A stretch of 64,000 nt of DNA. It comes from a bacterium (lineage in GTDB: Bacteria; Elusimicrobiota; Elusimicrobia; Elusimicrobiales; UBA9959). This document shows, piece by piece, positions 1-8,416 of the stretch. Below the pieces are notes generated by a model, which was not told where the DNA came from, did not search any database, and saw nothing but the letters and a program-made list of their open reading frames with translations. The stretch covers positions 20,078-84,077 of the forward strand of contig JAJZRA010000002.1 of NCBI GenBank assembly GCA_021847485.1, given 5' to 3'. A program made the translations under genes and the position numbers. Within the stretch, counting starts at the first letter, position 1; the number at the start of each line of letters is the position of its first letter.

Positions 1-205
1 TCTCCGGGCGCACCCGCGCCTGCACGCGGTCGCCGTCCATGGCCAGGTCCAGCCCGCGGCCGCGCAGGAACACGTCGCCGCCGCCCTCGGTCTCCGAGAG
101 CAGGAAGGCGAAGGTGCCGTGGTGCTGTATGACGCCCTCGACGAAGGCTTCGCGGCCTCCGGCGGCGGGACGCCGTTCGTGCTTTTTCCAATGTGATCTT
201 CTCAT
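1..205 (-). CDS. RNase R-like exoribonuclease, first 68 codons only (gene runs off the window start)
   Basis: Manual translation from ATG 205..203 gives MRRSHWKKHERR...FVEGVIQHHGTFAFLLSETEGGGDVFLRGRGLDLAMDGDRVQARV. This is the cold-shock/OB pattern typical of RNase R N-termini. The ATG overlaps the stop of the upstream gene (ATGA). Confidence 0.5.
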   Translation of the reverse strand, partial: MRRSHWKKHERRPAAGGREAFVEGVIQHHGTFAFLLSETEGGGDVFLRGRGLDLAMDGDRVQARVRPE

Positions 206-711
206 TTAGTTCCTTTTATGCTTAAAAGCGTGAATTCCTCTATCAGGGCGGCGCTGGCCGGGTAGCGGCGCAGCAGCTCCGCCCGGTCCGCCAGCTCGAA
301 GTCGGCGAAGTCGAAGCCCGGCGCCACCGTGCAGCCGGCGAGGGTGAAGCCCGCGCCCGGCTCCGGGCGAGCGCCGAACCAGCTGCCTGCCGGGACTACG
401 AGCTGGAAGACCTGTCCGGCGGAGGCGTCCGGCCCCAGGACGGAGCGGCGGGCGCTCCCGTCCGGCAGGATGGCGGCCACCGCGAGCGGGCCTCCGGCGT
501 GGAAATGCCAGAGTTCGTCGGACTTGATGCGGTGCAGGCGCGAAAGCTCGCCTTCGCGCAGCAGGAAATAGATGGCCGTGGAGGCCGCCCGCTCCCCCTG
601 CGGCGCGTTCACGGCGAGCGGCGAACGGTAGGTCTCGCGGAAGAAGCCGCCTTCCGGGTGCGGCTCCAGGCGCAGCCGGCGGACCAGCTCTTCCGCCGCG
701 GCCGCGCTCAC
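202..711 (-). CDS. cupin-fold protein, DUF985 (YML079w-like) family
   Basis: Last 169 codons of track ORF 202..1299. GTG 711..709 overlaps the stop of 708..1418 (GTGA). Motifs: EGGFFRETYRS, WHFH, GCTVAPGFDFADFEL. The upstream part of the track ORF is R/A/P-rich shadow. Confidence 0.75.
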   Translation of the reverse strand: MSAAAAEELVRRLRLEPHPEGGFFRETYRSPLAVNAPQGERAASTAIYFLLREGELSRLHRIKSDELWHFHAGGPLAVAAILPDGSARRSVLGPDASAGQVFQLVVPAGSWFGARPEPGAGFTLAGCTVAPGFDFADFELADRAELLRRYPASAALIEEFTLLSIKGTK

Positions 712-1418
712 CTGAGCACTTCCCTGCCGTTGATCTTTAGGCTGGTCAGCCGCGCGTAGGCGCCGTCCGTCGGGCCGGCCGCGAAGCCGCCTATGAAGAA
801 CTTCTGGGACGGGATCTGGCCGGGCGGCGCCTCGGCCGTCAGCAGCGGCGTGAACTTCCTGCCGTTGAGGCTGTAGGCGGCCGAGAAGTAGGGGCCGGAG
901 CGGGCGAAGCGCAGGACCTTGGCCTTGAGCGGCACCGCGTAGGGCCTGCCGCCGGGCAGGGAGAACATGATCAGCGCGTCGTCCCCGGGACGCGGCCCGT
1001 TCTGGCGCTGGGCCACTATCTTCATTACCGCGGACGCGTTGCCCAGCGAAGGCCGGGAGGCGTCCCCGCCGGCCCAGATCCCGAAGGAGAAGCGCTTGAC
1101 CTGCCCCGGCGGGATGTCGAAGTCCGCCCGCAGGTCCACCGTCCAGTTGTCGCCCATCAGCTCGCGCGACAGGATCAGGCCCGGCGAGTAGCCGTCCGAG
1201 GGAGTGTCCCGGGTGTCGTCCTGCCGGGGCGTCAGGCGGTAGTAGACGCCGTCGGGCGTGACCTCGTGGGAACCGTAGGCGTCGTTCCAGCTGGTCCACG
1301 TGTCCCAGTCGTCCATCGTGTAGGCGCCTCTCTTGAACATCAGCGGGTTGAGGCAGCCCGAGGCGAGGGCCGCCGCGGCCAGCAGGCCGGTAAGCAGCAG
1401 GTTCTTGCGGATCGTCAT
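708..1418 (-). CDS. lipoprotein of unknown function (beta-rich, lectin/glucanase-like by eye)
   Basis: Signal peptide with lipobox LLAAAALASG-C. The composition looks like a real protein. It lies 25 nt downstream of dtd on the same strand. Confidence 0.7.
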   Translation of the reverse strand: MTIRKNLLLTGLLAAAALASGCLNPLMFKRGAYTMDDWDTWTSWNDAYGSHEVTPDGVYYRLTPRQDDTRDTPSDGYSPGLILSRELMGDNWTVDLRADFDIPPGQVKRFSFGIWAGGDASRPSLGNASAVMKIVAQRQNGPRPGDDALIMFSLPGGRPYAVPLKAKVLRFARSGPYFSAAYSLNGRKFTPLLTAEAPPGQIPSQKFFIGGFAAGPTDGAYARLTSLKINGREVLR

Positions 1419-1443
1419 ATGGTTAGAGGGTATAAGCTCCGTG

Positions 1444-1884
1444 CTATTTCCTGGTATCCAGCCAGATCGTGACCGGGCCGTCGTTGACCAGCTCCACCTG
1501 CATGTCGGCCGCGAAGACCCCGGTCCTGACCGGGACGCCCAGGCCGCGCAGCGCGCCGGTGAAATATTCGTAGAGCCGCCTGGCCTCGGGCGGCCTGGCC
1601 GCGCGGGAGAAGTCCGGCCTGCGCCCGGCGGAAGCGTCGCCGTACAGCGTGAACTGCGAGACCACCAGGGCCTCGCCCTTGACGTCCAGCAGGGACCGGT
1701 CGAACTTGCCCTCGGCGTTGGAGAAGACGCGCAGGTTGGCCGTCTTCCCGGCCAGCAGGTCCGCGTCGGCCTCGGCGTCCCCCTCTCCGACGCCCAGCAG
1801 CACGAGGAGCCCCTGGCCTATAGAGGCCTCCGCCTCGGCGCAGGTCACCGCCGCGCGCCTGACGCGCTGGATAAGGGCTCTCAT
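1444..1884 (-). CDS. dtd: D-aminoacyl-tRNA deacylase
   Basis: 146 aa: MRALIQRV...GLLVLLGV...SQFTLYGD...GRRP.F...A. Full-length Dtd pattern. Confidence 0.9.
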   Translation of the reverse strand: MRALIQRVRRAAVTCAEAEASIGQGLLVLLGVGEGDAEADADLLAGKTANLRVFSNAEGKFDRSLLDVKGEALVVSQFTLYGDASAGRRPDFSRAARPPEARRLYEYFTGALRGLGVPVRTGVFAADMQVELVNDGPVTIWLDTRK

Positions 1885-1890
1885 GCGTCT

Positions 1891-1896
1891 ATTATA
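1891..1896 (-). promoter_or_regulatory. -10 box TATAAT 6 nt upstream of the dtd ATG (leaderless-type arrangement)
   Basis: Minus strand reads TATAAT-agacgc-ATG (ATG at 1884..1882). No Shine-Dalgarno sequence fits in the 6-nt gap. Confidence 0.45.
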
Positions 1897-1919
1897 ATTT
1901 ATTTATCGGTCCGCGCCTA

Positions 1920-1948
1920 TTGAATAACCGGCGGGCCGGTTGTATAAT
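1920..1948 (+). promoter_or_regulatory. sigma70-like promoter TTGAAT-N17-TATAAT for the AsnC-type gene
   Basis: TTGAAT at 1920..1925, 17-nt spacer, TATAAT at 1943..1948. AAAAAGGA RBS and ATG 1997 lie downstream. Confidence 0.5.
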
Positions 1949-1996
1949 TGGAGGGAAGAAGCGCGCCAAGGCGCGCGGCGGAAAAAGGACGAACCT

Positions 1997-2230
1997 ATGG
2001 TAACCGGACTCGTACTCGTGAAGCTGATGCCCGGCAAGGAGAAGCAGGCGCTGGGCAAGCTGAAGGCGCTCAAGAGCGTCGTGCACATGTCGGCCGTCTT
2101 CGGCCGCTGGGACCTGGTGCTCGACATGGAGACCGACGACCTCCCCACCCTCTCCAACATCGTCGTGCAGGAGATCCGCGGCATCCCCGGCGTGCTCTCC
2201 ACCGAGACGCTGGTCACGACCTCGCTGTAA
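1997..2230 (+). CDS. stand-alone Lrp/AsnC ligand-binding (RAM) domain protein
   Basis: MVTGLVLVKLMPGKEKQALGKLKALKSVVHMSAVFGRWDLVLDMETDD...IRGIPGVLSTETLV. ATG 1997 is preceded by AAAAAGGA. The track ORF start at 1940 is a TTG inside the promoter. Confidence 0.75.
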   Translation: MVTGLVLVKLMPGKEKQALGKLKALKSVVHMSAVFGRWDLVLDMETDDLPTLSNIVVQEIRGIPGVLSTETLVTTSL

Positions 2231-2244
2231 CCGGGGGCTCCCGG

Positions 2245-2775
2245 ATGCGTCCGCTGCTGCTCTGTCTGCTGCTGGCCCCGCTGCCGGCCGCGGCCCAGGT
2301 CTACCTCGGCGCCGAGGTGGGCCCGGACGCCTTCACGCGGCCGGAGGAGGCGAAGATCGATACTACCGGCGAGGACGCCTACGCCTGGGCGCTCAGCGTC
2401 GACGTCAGCAGCGCGGCCCTGTACGCGGTCTTCGGGTCCACCTCGCCTGAGCGCGAGATGCTGAAGTACCTGCGCCAGGGGATCTACCGCCGGGAGCTGG
2501 CGGCGCTGATGCTGCTGTCCGAGCGGACCTCCGTGCCGTTCAAGAAGCTGGCCGCCGAGCTGCCGGCCGCCGGAGGCCTGCGCGGCCTGGCCCGCAGGCA
2601 CAAGGCCGACGCGATGGCCCTCTTCGAGGAGGGCGGGCGCCTGCAGGCCGAGGCGGAGGCGCGCATGCCGCTGTTCCTGATCTCGGTCTCCACTTCCGTG
2701 GAACTGGCCGGGGCCGTAACTCCCTCCACCGCCCCGCCCTCAGGGAAGGACCCTCATGAAGACGCCGAACCTTAG
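2245..2775 (+). CDS. secreted hypothetical protein
   Basis: Internal ATG of track ORF 1948..2775. Signal peptide MRPLLLCLLLAPLPAAAQV. Overlaps the next gene by 20 nt. Confidence 0.55.
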   Translation: MRPLLLCLLLAPLPAAAQVYLGAEVGPDAFTRPEEAKIDTTGEDAYAWALSVDVSSAALYAVFGSTSPEREMLKYLRQGIYRRELAALMLLSERTSVPFKKLAAELPAAGGLRGLARRHKADAMALFEEGGRLQAEAEARMPLFLISVSTSVELAGAVTPSTAPPSGKDPHEDAEP

Positions 2776-3259
2776 CCGCCTGCTGCTGCCCGCGCTGCTG
2801 CTGGCCGGAACGGCCGCGGCCGCGCTGGAGGTTCCCCGCGGGGCGCGCGAGGCCAGGCTGACGCTGCCCGACGGCGCCGTCGTCGAGGCGGAACTGGCCC
2901 TGACCCCGGAGGAACAGGCCAAGGGGCTGATGTTCCGCGAGAGCCTCCCCGCCGGCCGCGGCATGCTGTTCTTGTTCAGGGACGGCGGGGTCAAGTCCTT
3001 CTGGATGAAGAACACGCTGATAGACCTGGACATGGTCTACCTCGACGCGGAGCTGAAGGTGCTGCGGATCTTCCACCGCGTTCCCCGCTCCCGGCGCGGC
3101 GCCCCCGACGAGGAAGTGGCCCGCGTGGCCGCCCCGGCCTCGGCCGTGCTGGAACTGCCAGGCGGCTACGCCCGGGCCCACCGGCTGCGCCCCGGGGCGC
3201 GGCTCAAGGTCTCTTTCCCCTCCCCGCCGGCCCCCAAAAAGAAGAGCGGCGGGCACTGA
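2756..3259 (+). CDS. DUF192 domain protein (secreted)
   Basis: Signal peptide, then GLMFRESLPAGRGMLFLF...FWMKNTLIDLDMVYLD, the typical DUF192 core. Confidence 0.8.
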   Translation: MKTPNLSRLLLPALLLAGTAAAALEVPRGAREARLTLPDGAVVEAELALTPEEQAKGLMFRESLPAGRGMLFLFRDGGVKSFWMKNTLIDLDMVYLDAELKVLRIFHRVPRSRRGAPDEEVARVAAPASAVLELPGGYARAHRLRPGARLKVSFPSPPAPKKKSGGH

Positions 3260-3290
3260 TCCCGCCGCCCCGCTCCAGGCCGCCCGCGGC

Positions 3291-5015
3291 CTATTTCTCG
3301 AAATAATAGTAGCGCTGGATGCGCGTCAGCCCCGGCACCGGGAAGGGCGCGCAGCTCACGCCCGAGACCGGCACGGAGAGCACTTCCTGCCTGCGGGCGA
3401 AGGAGTTGTCGTCGTCCACGGAGGCGGTCACTTTTATCTCCCCTTTCGGGTAGGCCTCCTCCGGGGACTCCATCAGCAGCGGCGGGAACTTCGGCCTGGG
3501 GTCGTGGACCCTGGCGCCGGTGGCGCTGTCGACGGCGTTGTATTGGCCGTAGTAGGGCGTGGAGAACTTCCTGTTGACGGCGGCCGTGGGCGTGAAGACG
3601 ACCGTGACGGTGCAGGACTGGCCGCCGGCCAGGTCGGCGCCGGCGCAGCCGTCGCCGCTCAGCTTGAAAGAGGCCGGCAGGCCCGAGGCGTCCAGCTTGA
3701 CGCCGTGCCAGGTGCCGCCGCCGGTGTTGCTGACGCGCAGGGTCTCGCTCATGCTGTAGCCTTCCGGCACCATCCCGAAATCCGCCTTGTTGCCGCGGCC
3801 GTAGGTGTAGCCGGACCACCGGCTGTGCCACCAGGAGGTGAACGGCGAGTACTTGGAATTGCCCCTGACCTCCATGTAGGCCTGGTAGTAGGCCCCGTCG
3901 TCGTCGCCCGGGACGTAGAAAGCGGTGATGTAGTCCCTGGCGGTGCGCGGCGCGAAGCGGATGACGAAGGTGCAGCTCTTGCCCGGCTGCAGCGTGGCGG
4001 AACTGCATTTGTCCTTCTCCACGAAGAACGGGGTCTCGTCGTCTATGTTCTCCACCTTCCCGAGTTTCAGCGGGGCGTTGCCGATGTTCATCACGATGGC
4101 CTGCCGGGCGGAGGTCTCGTACATGTACATATCCCCGAAGTTGACCGTGTTGGGCCACAGGAACTCTATCGGGGCCGGATTGACGGTCTCGCCGGCCTGC
4201 TGCATCCCCGGCGAGGAAGGCATGGACGCGCCCGAGCCGCCGCCGTGGGAGCCGTATTCGCCGGCGGTCATCCCGGTGCCGCCGCCCTGGCCGCCTCCGG
4301 ACAGGGCCCGGCCGGAGGACATGCCGCCGGAGCTTCCGGAGGCGCGGGCCTCCAGGTCGGCCGCGCGCTGCCGCCTGGCGGCCGCGGGGCCGTGCAGGGC
4401 CGGCTCGGGGGCCCCGGAGCGGCCTGGGCCGAAAGCCGAGATCCTGCCCGCCGGCCCTCCGCCGAGGTCCGCCGCGCCGCCGGAGCGGAGCGCGGGTTTA
4501 TCCGGAGAACTTAGCGCTGACGGCCCCGCCTGGCGCAGGCCGGCGGGATTGTAGGCCCGGGCGCCCGGCGCGGCCGGGCCTTCGTCCTCCTCCCCGCCGG
4601 GCGCGGCCGCGGCGTCGTACTTGACCTGGTGGCGCACCTGGCTCAGGAAGGCCTCCATCTCGGCGCGGCCCCTGGGGTGCGGCGCGCCGGCGGCCGAAGG
4701 CGCGGCGGGCGAGGAACCTTCCCGGTAATAGCCCTTGTTGGCCGCGCGGAACATATCGATAGAGGAACCGCCCTGGCCGGCGGCGGGCCTGTCCAGCGGG
4801 CCGGTCCCGGGCGCGTACCTGGGGCCGGAGTCGAACTTGATATCGGCGGCCGTCGCGGCGGGGCCGGCGTCGCGGGTCCCGCCCCCGCCCGCGAAATACG
4901 CTATGCCCGCGGCGAAAGCCGCGGTCACCGCCGCCAGGGGCAGCGCCGCCGCCTTCCAGGATATGGGGTTCTTGCCGTCCATAAATAAGTCCTCCCGCCC
5001 CCCGCTCGAACTCAT
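3291..5015 (-). CDS. membrane-anchored protein with G/A/P-rich linker and two beta-sandwich (choice-of-anchor-D/ASH-like) domains
   Basis: One N-terminal TM helix (AAALPLAAVTAAFAAGIAYFA). Paired motif KCSSATLQPGKSCTFVIRFAP and GCAGADLAGGQSCTVTVVFTP. ATG 5015 has TATACT 5 nt upstream. Alternative start ATG 4982 has a GGGAGGA RBS. Confidence 0.7.
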   Translation of the reverse strand: MSSSGGREDLFMDGKNPISWKAAALPLAAVTAAFAAGIAYFAGGGGTRDAGPAATAADIKFDSGPRYAPGTGPLDRPAAGQGGSSIDMFRAANKGYYREGSSPAAPSAAGAPHPRGRAEMEAFLSQVRHQVKYDAAAAPGGEEDEGPAAPGARAYNPAGLRQAGPSALSSPDKPALRSGGAADLGGGPAGRISAFGPGRSGAPEPALHGPAAARRQRAADLEARASGSSGGMSSGRALSGGGQGGGTGMTAGEYGSHGGGSGASMPSSPGMQQAGETVNPAPIEFLWPNTVNFGDMYMYETSARQAIVMNIGNAPLKLGKVENIDDETPFFVEKDKCSSATLQPGKSCTFVIRFAPRTARDYITAFYVPGDDDGAYYQAYMEVRGNSKYSPFTSWWHSRWSGYTYGRGNKADFGMVPEGYSMSETLRVSNTGGGTWHGVKLDASGLPASFKLSGDGCAGADLAGGQSCTVTVVFTPTAAVNRKFSTPYYGQYNAVDSATGARVHDPRPKFPPLLMESPEEAYPKGEIKVTASVDDDNSFARRQEVLSVPVSGVSCAPFPVPGLTRIQRYYYFEK

Positions 5016-5100
5016 TCTATAGTATACACTCCGCCCGGCCCGGTTTCAAGGGCGGACGTTAGTGCGGTTCCGTATAATTTTATAGTAGAATAATCAGCGC

Positions 5101-5436
5101 ATGGGAATCTGGGACAACGCTTTCAAGATCCCGGAGCCTCCTGAACCGACGGAAGAGGAGAAGAGGCTGCTGGACGACCTGGCCGCTAAGGTGCGCGCCC
5201 GCGGGCTGGGCGACATGGCGGCCCTGGTGGCCGAAAGCACCAGGCCGGTGCACGGCCTGGGCTCGCAGGGGCTGGTTTTCCTCGAGCCGCTGCTGGCGAT
5301 GGTGTTCAGGAAGGAAGACGTGCGGAAGTACCGCGCCCTGCTGGGCAACAGCAAGGCCGTGACGTACCTGGTAGACCGGCTCAACGCCGATCCAACTGAA
5401 AAGAAGGAAGACAACGATGTCAAAAAAAGACCTTGA
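5101..5436 (+). CDS. small hypothetical protein (111 aa), first gene of the GlmL-type unit
   Basis: Real-protein composition (K/E/D/L-rich). Overlaps the next gene by 20 nt. AATAAT sits 6 nt upstream of the ATG. Confidence 0.6.
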   Translation: MGIWDNAFKIPEPPEPTEEEKRLLDDLAAKVRARGLGDMAALVAESTRPVHGLGSQGLVFLEPLLAMVFRKEDVRKYRALLGNSKAVTYLVDRLNADPTEKKEDNDVKKRP

Positions 5437-7210
5437 AGTCATCATAGCGACCGACTGCGGCAGCACGACGACCAAAGCCATCCTCATCGAGAAGAAGGGC
5501 GACACCTACCGCCAGACCTTCCGCGGCGAAGCCCCGACCACCGTCGAGGCCCCCTTCGAGGACGTCACGAAAGGCGTGCTCAACGCGATCACCGAGGTCG
5601 AGGAACTCTCCGGCCGCAGGATCCTGGACGGCGAGAAGATCCTGACGCCGAACGAGGGCAAGACCGGAGTGGATATCTACGTTTCCACTTCCTCCGCCGG
5701 CGGCGGCCTGCAGATGATGGTCGCGGGCGCCGTGAAGGCGATGACCGGCGAGTCGGCCCAGCGCTGCGCGCTCGGCGCCGGCGCCATCGTGATGGACGTG
5801 CTGGCCTCCAACGACGGCCGCGCCGACCACGAGAAGATCGAGCGCATCCGCCAGCTGCGCCCGGACATGATGCTGCTCTCCGGGGGCACCGACGGCGGCA
5901 CCGTGACGCACGTCGTGGAGCTCGCGCAGTTCCTCAAGGCCGCCGACCCCAAGCCGCGCCTCGGCGCCTCGTACAAGCTGCCGGTCATCTACGCCGGCAA
6001 CAACAAGGCCCACGGCCAGATCAAGGAGATCCTCGGCGACAGGACCGCGCTGATCATCACCGAGAACCTGCGCCCCTCCCTGGAGCGCGAGAACCTGATG
6101 CCGGCGCGCCATAAGATCCACGACATCTTCCTCGAGCACGTCATGCAGCAGGCGCCGGGCTACCCCCGCCTGATGAAGATGGTCGGCGCGCCGATCATGC
6201 CCACGCCGGCGGCGGTGGGCACGATGACCGAGAAGTTCGCCAAGGCCAACAACTTCAACGTGCTGGCCGTGGACATCGGCGGCGCCACGACCGACGTGTT
6301 CAGCGTGTTCGAGGGGGTCTTCAACCGCACCGTCAGCGCCAACCTCGGCATGAGCTACTCGATCTCCAACGTGATGGCCGAGGCCGGCCTGCCGAACATC
6401 CTGCGCTGGCTGCCGTTCGACATAGACGAGCAGGACCTCCGCAACCGCCTGAAGAACAAGATGATCCGCCCGACCACGATCCCGCAGACCGTAGAGGACC
6501 TGCAGGTCGAACACGCCGTCTCCCGCGAGGCGCTGCGCCTGGCCTTCGACCAGCACAAGGCGCTGGCCGTGGGCCTCAAGGGCGTGCAGCAGGAGCGCTC
6601 CATCTCCGACGCGTTCGAACAGACCGCCTCGGGCCAGAGCCTCATCAACGTGATGCGGCTGGACTACGTGATCGGCTCCGGCGGCATCCTGGCGCACTCC
6701 CCCCGCCGCACGCAGTCGATGATGATGATGATCGACGCCTACCAGCCGGAGGGTATCACCCGCATGGCCGTGGACTCCATCTTCATGATGCCGCACCTCG
6801 GCGTGCTCGCGCAGATCAGCGAGAAGGCCGCGCTCGACGTGTTCTACAACGACTGCCTCGTGCGCCTCGGCACCTGCCTCGCGCCGAAGGGCCTCGCGAA
6901 GGAAGGCCAGAAGATCATGGAGTGGGAAGTGACCGGCTCCGACGGCAGCCGCCAGGCCGGCGAGCTGCGCTTCGGCGAGATGGTGCACGTGCCGTTCGGC
7001 GCCCCTAAGGCGAAGCTCGTCGCGAAGCCGGTGAAGGGCTTCGACATGGGCGCCGGCTCCGGCAACCGTGTGGAGGCCGACATCGAGGGCGGCGTCGTGG
7101 GCCTGGTGCTCGACGGCCGCGGCAGGCCCTTCACGCTCGCCAAGGACCCGTCCAAGCGCCGCGACGACCTGAACAAGTGGTACAAGGCCATGGGGATGTA
7201 CCCCGTCTGA
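5417..7210 (+). CDS. GlmL/MutL-family ASKHA-fold ATPase
   Basis: IATDCGSTTTKAILI and VDIGGATTDVFSV phosphate-binding motifs, as in glutamate mutase accessory protein GlmL. AAGGAAG RBS. Confidence 0.8.
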   Translation: MSKKDLEVIIATDCGSTTTKAILIEKKGDTYRQTFRGEAPTTVEAPFEDVTKGVLNAITEVEELSGRRILDGEKILTPNEGKTGVDIYVSTSSAGGGLQMMVAGAVKAMTGESAQRCALGAGAIVMDVLASNDGRADHEKIERIRQLRPDMMLLSGGTDGGTVTHVVELAQFLKAADPKPRLGASYKLPVIYAGNNKAHGQIKEILGDRTALIITENLRPSLERENLMPARHKIHDIFLEHVMQQAPGYPRLMKMVGAPIMPTPAAVGTMTEKFAKANNFNVLAVDIGGATTDVFSVFEGVFNRTVSANLGMSYSISNVMAEAGLPNILRWLPFDIDEQDLRNRLKNKMIRPTTIPQTVEDLQVEHAVSREALRLAFDQHKALAVGLKGVQQERSISDAFEQTASGQSLINVMRLDYVIGSGGILAHSPRRTQSMMMMIDAYQPEGITRMAVDSIFMMPHLGVLAQISEKAALDVFYNDCLVRLGTCLAPKGLAKEGQKIMEWEVTGSDGSRQAGELRFGEMVHVPFGAPKAKLVAKPVKGFDMGAGSGNRVEADIEGGVVGLVLDGRGRPFTLAKDPSKRRDDLNKWYKAMGMYPV

Positions 7211-7234
7211 CGCCCAGGAGGAAAAGGATAGAAT

Positions 7235-8359
7235 ATGGCTCACGCATACACACCCGGACTCAAGGTAATGCCCTGCACCGTGCTCAGGAAGAAGCGCCTG
7301 CTGCCGATCCCCGGCAAGGTGCTGGCCGCGATGGGGCAGCAGGTAGGCGCCATGGACGTGGTCGCGCAGACCGAGCTGCCCGGCAAGGTCTTCTCGGTCA
7401 ACGTGGCCAACCGCCTGGCGGTCGGCCCCGAGGAGATCAAGAACTTCATGGTCAAGAACGAGGGCGACGCGGTCAAGAAAGGCGAGATCATCGCCGAGAA
7501 CAAGCCTTTCCTCAAATGGTTCAAGACCTCGATCGAGTCCCCGGTCGAAGGCACCGTGGAATCCGTCTCCCCGGTCACCGGCCAGGTGCTGCTGCGCGAA
7601 CCCCCGAAGGTGCTGCCTATCAAGTCCTACGTTAAGGGCAGCATCGTCGAGGTGGTCCCGGAGTTCGGCGTCACGGTAGAGGCCGAGGGCACCTTCATCC
7701 AGGGCATCTTCGGCGTGGGCGGCGAGACCAACGGCGAGATCGCCGTGGCGGTCTCCAGCCCCGACGAGGAACTGACGGCCGAGGCCCTCAGCGAGGGGCA
7801 CCGCGGCAAGATCGTCGTCGGCGGCAAGCACGCCGGCCTCGCCACGATCAAGCGCGCCGTCGAGCTGGGCGTCAACGCCATCGTGGTCGGCGGCATCCAC
7901 GACCGCGACCTGCGCCAGCTGCTCGGCTACGACATCGGCGTCGCCGTGACCGGCACCGAGAAGATAGGCCTTACGCTGATCGTGACCGAGGGCTTCGGCA
8001 TGATCCCGATGGCCGAGTACACCTTCAAGCTGCTCTCCTCCCGCAACGGCGAGCACGCCTCGGTCTCCGGCGCCACGCAGATCCGCGCCGGCGTGATGCG
8101 CCCCGAGATCATAGTCCCGGGCTACCCGAAGAACGTCAGCGAGTGCAAGAAGGACCAGGGCCGCGGCTGGATCGAGCCCGGCGACCCTATCCGCATCATC
8201 CGCGAACCGCACTTCGGCGTGATCGGCACCGTGAAGAGCCTGCCGCCGGAGCTGACGGTCATCGGCAGCGAGAGCCACGCCCGCGTCCTCGAGGTCTCCC
8301 TCGAAGGCGGCGAGGTCATAGTGGTCCCCCGCGCCAACATCGAAGTGCTGGAGAAGTAA
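7235..8359 (+). CDS. hypothetical protein with hybrid-barrel-like N-terminus and KOW-like C-terminus
   Basis: VKKGEIIAENKP...SPVEGTVESVSPVTGQV segment, then Gly-rich repeats (KIVVGGKHAG, AIVVGGIHDRD, LIVTEGFG). Lies 24 nt after the ATPase gene. Confidence 0.7.
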   Translation: MAHAYTPGLKVMPCTVLRKKRLLPIPGKVLAAMGQQVGAMDVVAQTELPGKVFSVNVANRLAVGPEEIKNFMVKNEGDAVKKGEIIAENKPFLKWFKTSIESPVEGTVESVSPVTGQVLLREPPKVLPIKSYVKGSIVEVVPEFGVTVEAEGTFIQGIFGVGGETNGEIAVAVSSPDEELTAEALSEGHRGKIVVGGKHAGLATIKRAVELGVNAIVVGGIHDRDLRQLLGYDIGVAVTGTEKIGLTLIVTEGFGMIPMAEYTFKLLSSRNGEHASVSGATQIRAGVMRPEIIVPGYPKNVSECKKDQGRGWIEPGDPIRIIREPHFGVIGTVKSLPPELTVIGSESHARVLEVSLEGGEVIVVPRANIEVLEK

Positions 8360-8416
8360 GCCGCGCCGGAAGCGGCCGGAGCGGCGTCCGCCGCCCGGCC
8401 GCGGCCCGCGTCCCGA

